From contig JAYZBV010000071.1 in assembly GCA_036338595.1 (NCBI GenBank), positions 18,442-82,441 of the forward strand: 64,000 nucleotides of DNA, in the 5' to 3' direction. This stretch comes from Planctomycetota bacterium. GTDB taxonomy: Bacteria; Planctomycetota; UBA8108; UBA1146. The notes below the pieces were generated by a model. It was not told the origin of the DNA, did not search any database, and saw nothing but the letters and a program-made list of their open reading frames with translations. The position numbers and the translations under genes are program-made. Below, one piece after another: positions 62,608 through 64,000 of this stretch. Positions within the stretch are counted from its first letter, which is position 1; every line of letters starts with the position of its first letter.

Positions 62608-62761
62608 TGGCTCTCCTCCTAATTTCAGGATGAATACCCGACAGATATCGTCGACTACTCGCCTCGGGCGCGTGAGGGGATTATGCTGGCGGGACCGTCG
62701 GGGGCAACCGTCATCGGTAAGTCAGAGTCAGGGATGCCCTCGCCCGGGCAGGAGGTTTGAG

Positions 62762-63238
62762 ATGTTGAAACAGATTTTCCATTCCAGCGCTTCAAGGCCA
62801 GCATTCTTCTGCTCCTTGCTGGGGATCACTGCCCTGCTGCTATTGCCGCAGGTTGGCTGTCAGGGTCTTGTTCCATTCGAAGACCCGGTACCACTGGTTG
62901 AGAAACATCAACCCGATGACATTCCAGCTCCACTTGGATTTGAACTCGACGATGAGTCCTGGTCATATCTCAAATTTGAGCATGCTCCACTGCCGATGCG
63001 AACCGTGGAAGTCATCTACTGGGGGGATCGCCCCGTCTCCGAGTTGAGCAGCTGGTACCAGGATCAGATGCCCATCCATGGCTGGGAGTATGTCTCCACC
63101 ATCGATGATTTCGGAGAACACCAACTTCGCTATCGCAAGGGAGACGAATATGCAGAGGTTCTCATCAGGAGAACTCCGGATGACAATGGTCAACATTATG
63201 TGACCCGACTGATCGTGAGGATCGGTGTAGAATCCTGA
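62762..63238 (+). CDS. Hypothetical lipoprotein
   Basis: GGAGG RBS, hydrophobic stretch plus QVGC lipobox. Confidence 0.7.
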   Translation: MLKQIFHSSASRPAFFCSLLGITALLLLPQVGCQGLVPFEDPVPLVEKHQPDDIPAPLGFELDDESWSYLKFEHAPLPMRTVEVIYWGDRPVSELSSWYQDQMPIHGWEYVSTIDDFGEHQLRYRKGDEYAEVLIRRTPDDNGQHYVTRLIVRIGVES

Positions 63239-63291
63239 ACAAGTCGCTGCTTTCGAGTAGCCCTGCAAAATAATAGGGAGAGCACCAAAAG

Positions 63292-63933
63292 ATGGCCAAG
63301 ATCGGTCCAGCACGTCCACAGGATCACAAGAGTACGGAAGATCAGGAATCCGAGGAGATCGACACAAAGATCGAGAATCTCACTCTCGAGGTGGCCAAGG
63401 CTGCAAGAATCAACAAGACTCCTATCTTCGTCGCCTTGATCATCACTGTCCTCGTGATTTCCAGTCCGTCGATTCTTGATTCGATGAAGACTCGCGAAAT
63501 ACAAGCCTGGAATAACAAGATCGATACCACCCTGACCGGGGATGCCGATCAGGTTCGCATCGCCTATCCGCAACTGCTCGAGGAAGTCGAGGGTCAAGTT
63601 GTTGAGGTGGTGGCCATCGAGAGAATCGCTCGCTGGCTGTGGGATCAGGACACCGATGCGGATCGCCAGCAGGCGATCGGGCTGCTCGAGGAGAGCCAGA
63701 ACCGCTTTCCTGACAGTTACCTGATCCGCAGCTACCTGCAGGAGTTCCGCACCACCCACGAGAACAGTCTCGGATTCGTGCTGCCGGAGCCGCCACCGCC
63801 GGTTGTGGTGCCGCCACTGATCGCCGCACCACAACCGGTCGGTGACGCGCCCGATGCCACCAGCGAGAACACGGCCAACCCACCGGAGGATCCCGACGCA
63901 GCAGCAGATCCTGCACCCGAGCCTGCGGTGTAA
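63292..63933 (+). CDS. Single-pass membrane protein with helical domain and Pro-rich tail, possibly prematurely terminated
   Basis: GGGAG RBS, TM IFVALIITVLVI, Pro/Ala/Glu tail. Confidence 0.75.
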   Translation: MAKIGPARPQDHKSTEDQESEEIDTKIENLTLEVAKAARINKTPIFVALIITVLVISSPSILDSMKTREIQAWNNKIDTTLTGDADQVRIAYPQLLEEVEGQVVEVVAIERIARWLWDQDTDADRQQAIGLLEESQNRFPDSYLIRSYLQEFRTTHENSLGFVLPEPPPPVVVPPLIAAPQPVGDAPDATSENTANPPEDPDAAADPAPEPAV

Positions 63934-64000
63934 CCGACGCCCGCGCCTGAGCCGGCGCCGGAATCGGCGCCCGAGCCTGCGCCTGCGCCGGAATCGGCGC
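63910..64000 (+). repeat. Low-complexity repeat encoding (P/S)APE units, spanning the stop codon
   Basis: GCGCCGGAATCGGCGC and CCCGAGCCTGCG units repeated. Confidence 0.8.

Overview
A GC-rich, gene-dense bacterial chromosome segment with about 47 protein genes. The DUF1501 plus DUF1549/DUF1553 planctomycete cytochrome pair and the dockerin-tailed secreted protein point to Planctomycetota (inference). Most content is housekeeping: ggt, FtsH, a 2-oxoacid dehydrogenase/lipoate cluster, a TsaC-phosphatase fusion with rpiB, PpiD/FKBP, rnhA, rnr, pilB-pilB-pilC, mqnD, ferredoxin, a radical SAM enzyme, leucine dehydrogenase-rnpA-yidD, LolC/E-LolD and a mixed ABC operon. I found no tRNA, rRNA, CRISPR array or mobile element. 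Highlights: (1) a 63-aa monocistronic bacterial histone-fold gene (7254-7445); (2) a candidate RNA switch in the leader of a 1445-aa NTPase-TPR-GAF-Fis regulator, in which a 10-nt anti-Shine-Dalgarno can pair either with a decoy copy or with the real RBS; (3) a four-way-junction plus UUCG structured leader upstream of tandem pilB genes; (4) a secreted protein with three cohesin-like domains and a dockerin; (5) an in-frame stop interrupting a Pro-Ala-Glu repeat at the window end. All product calls come from motif recognition by eye, not database searches.
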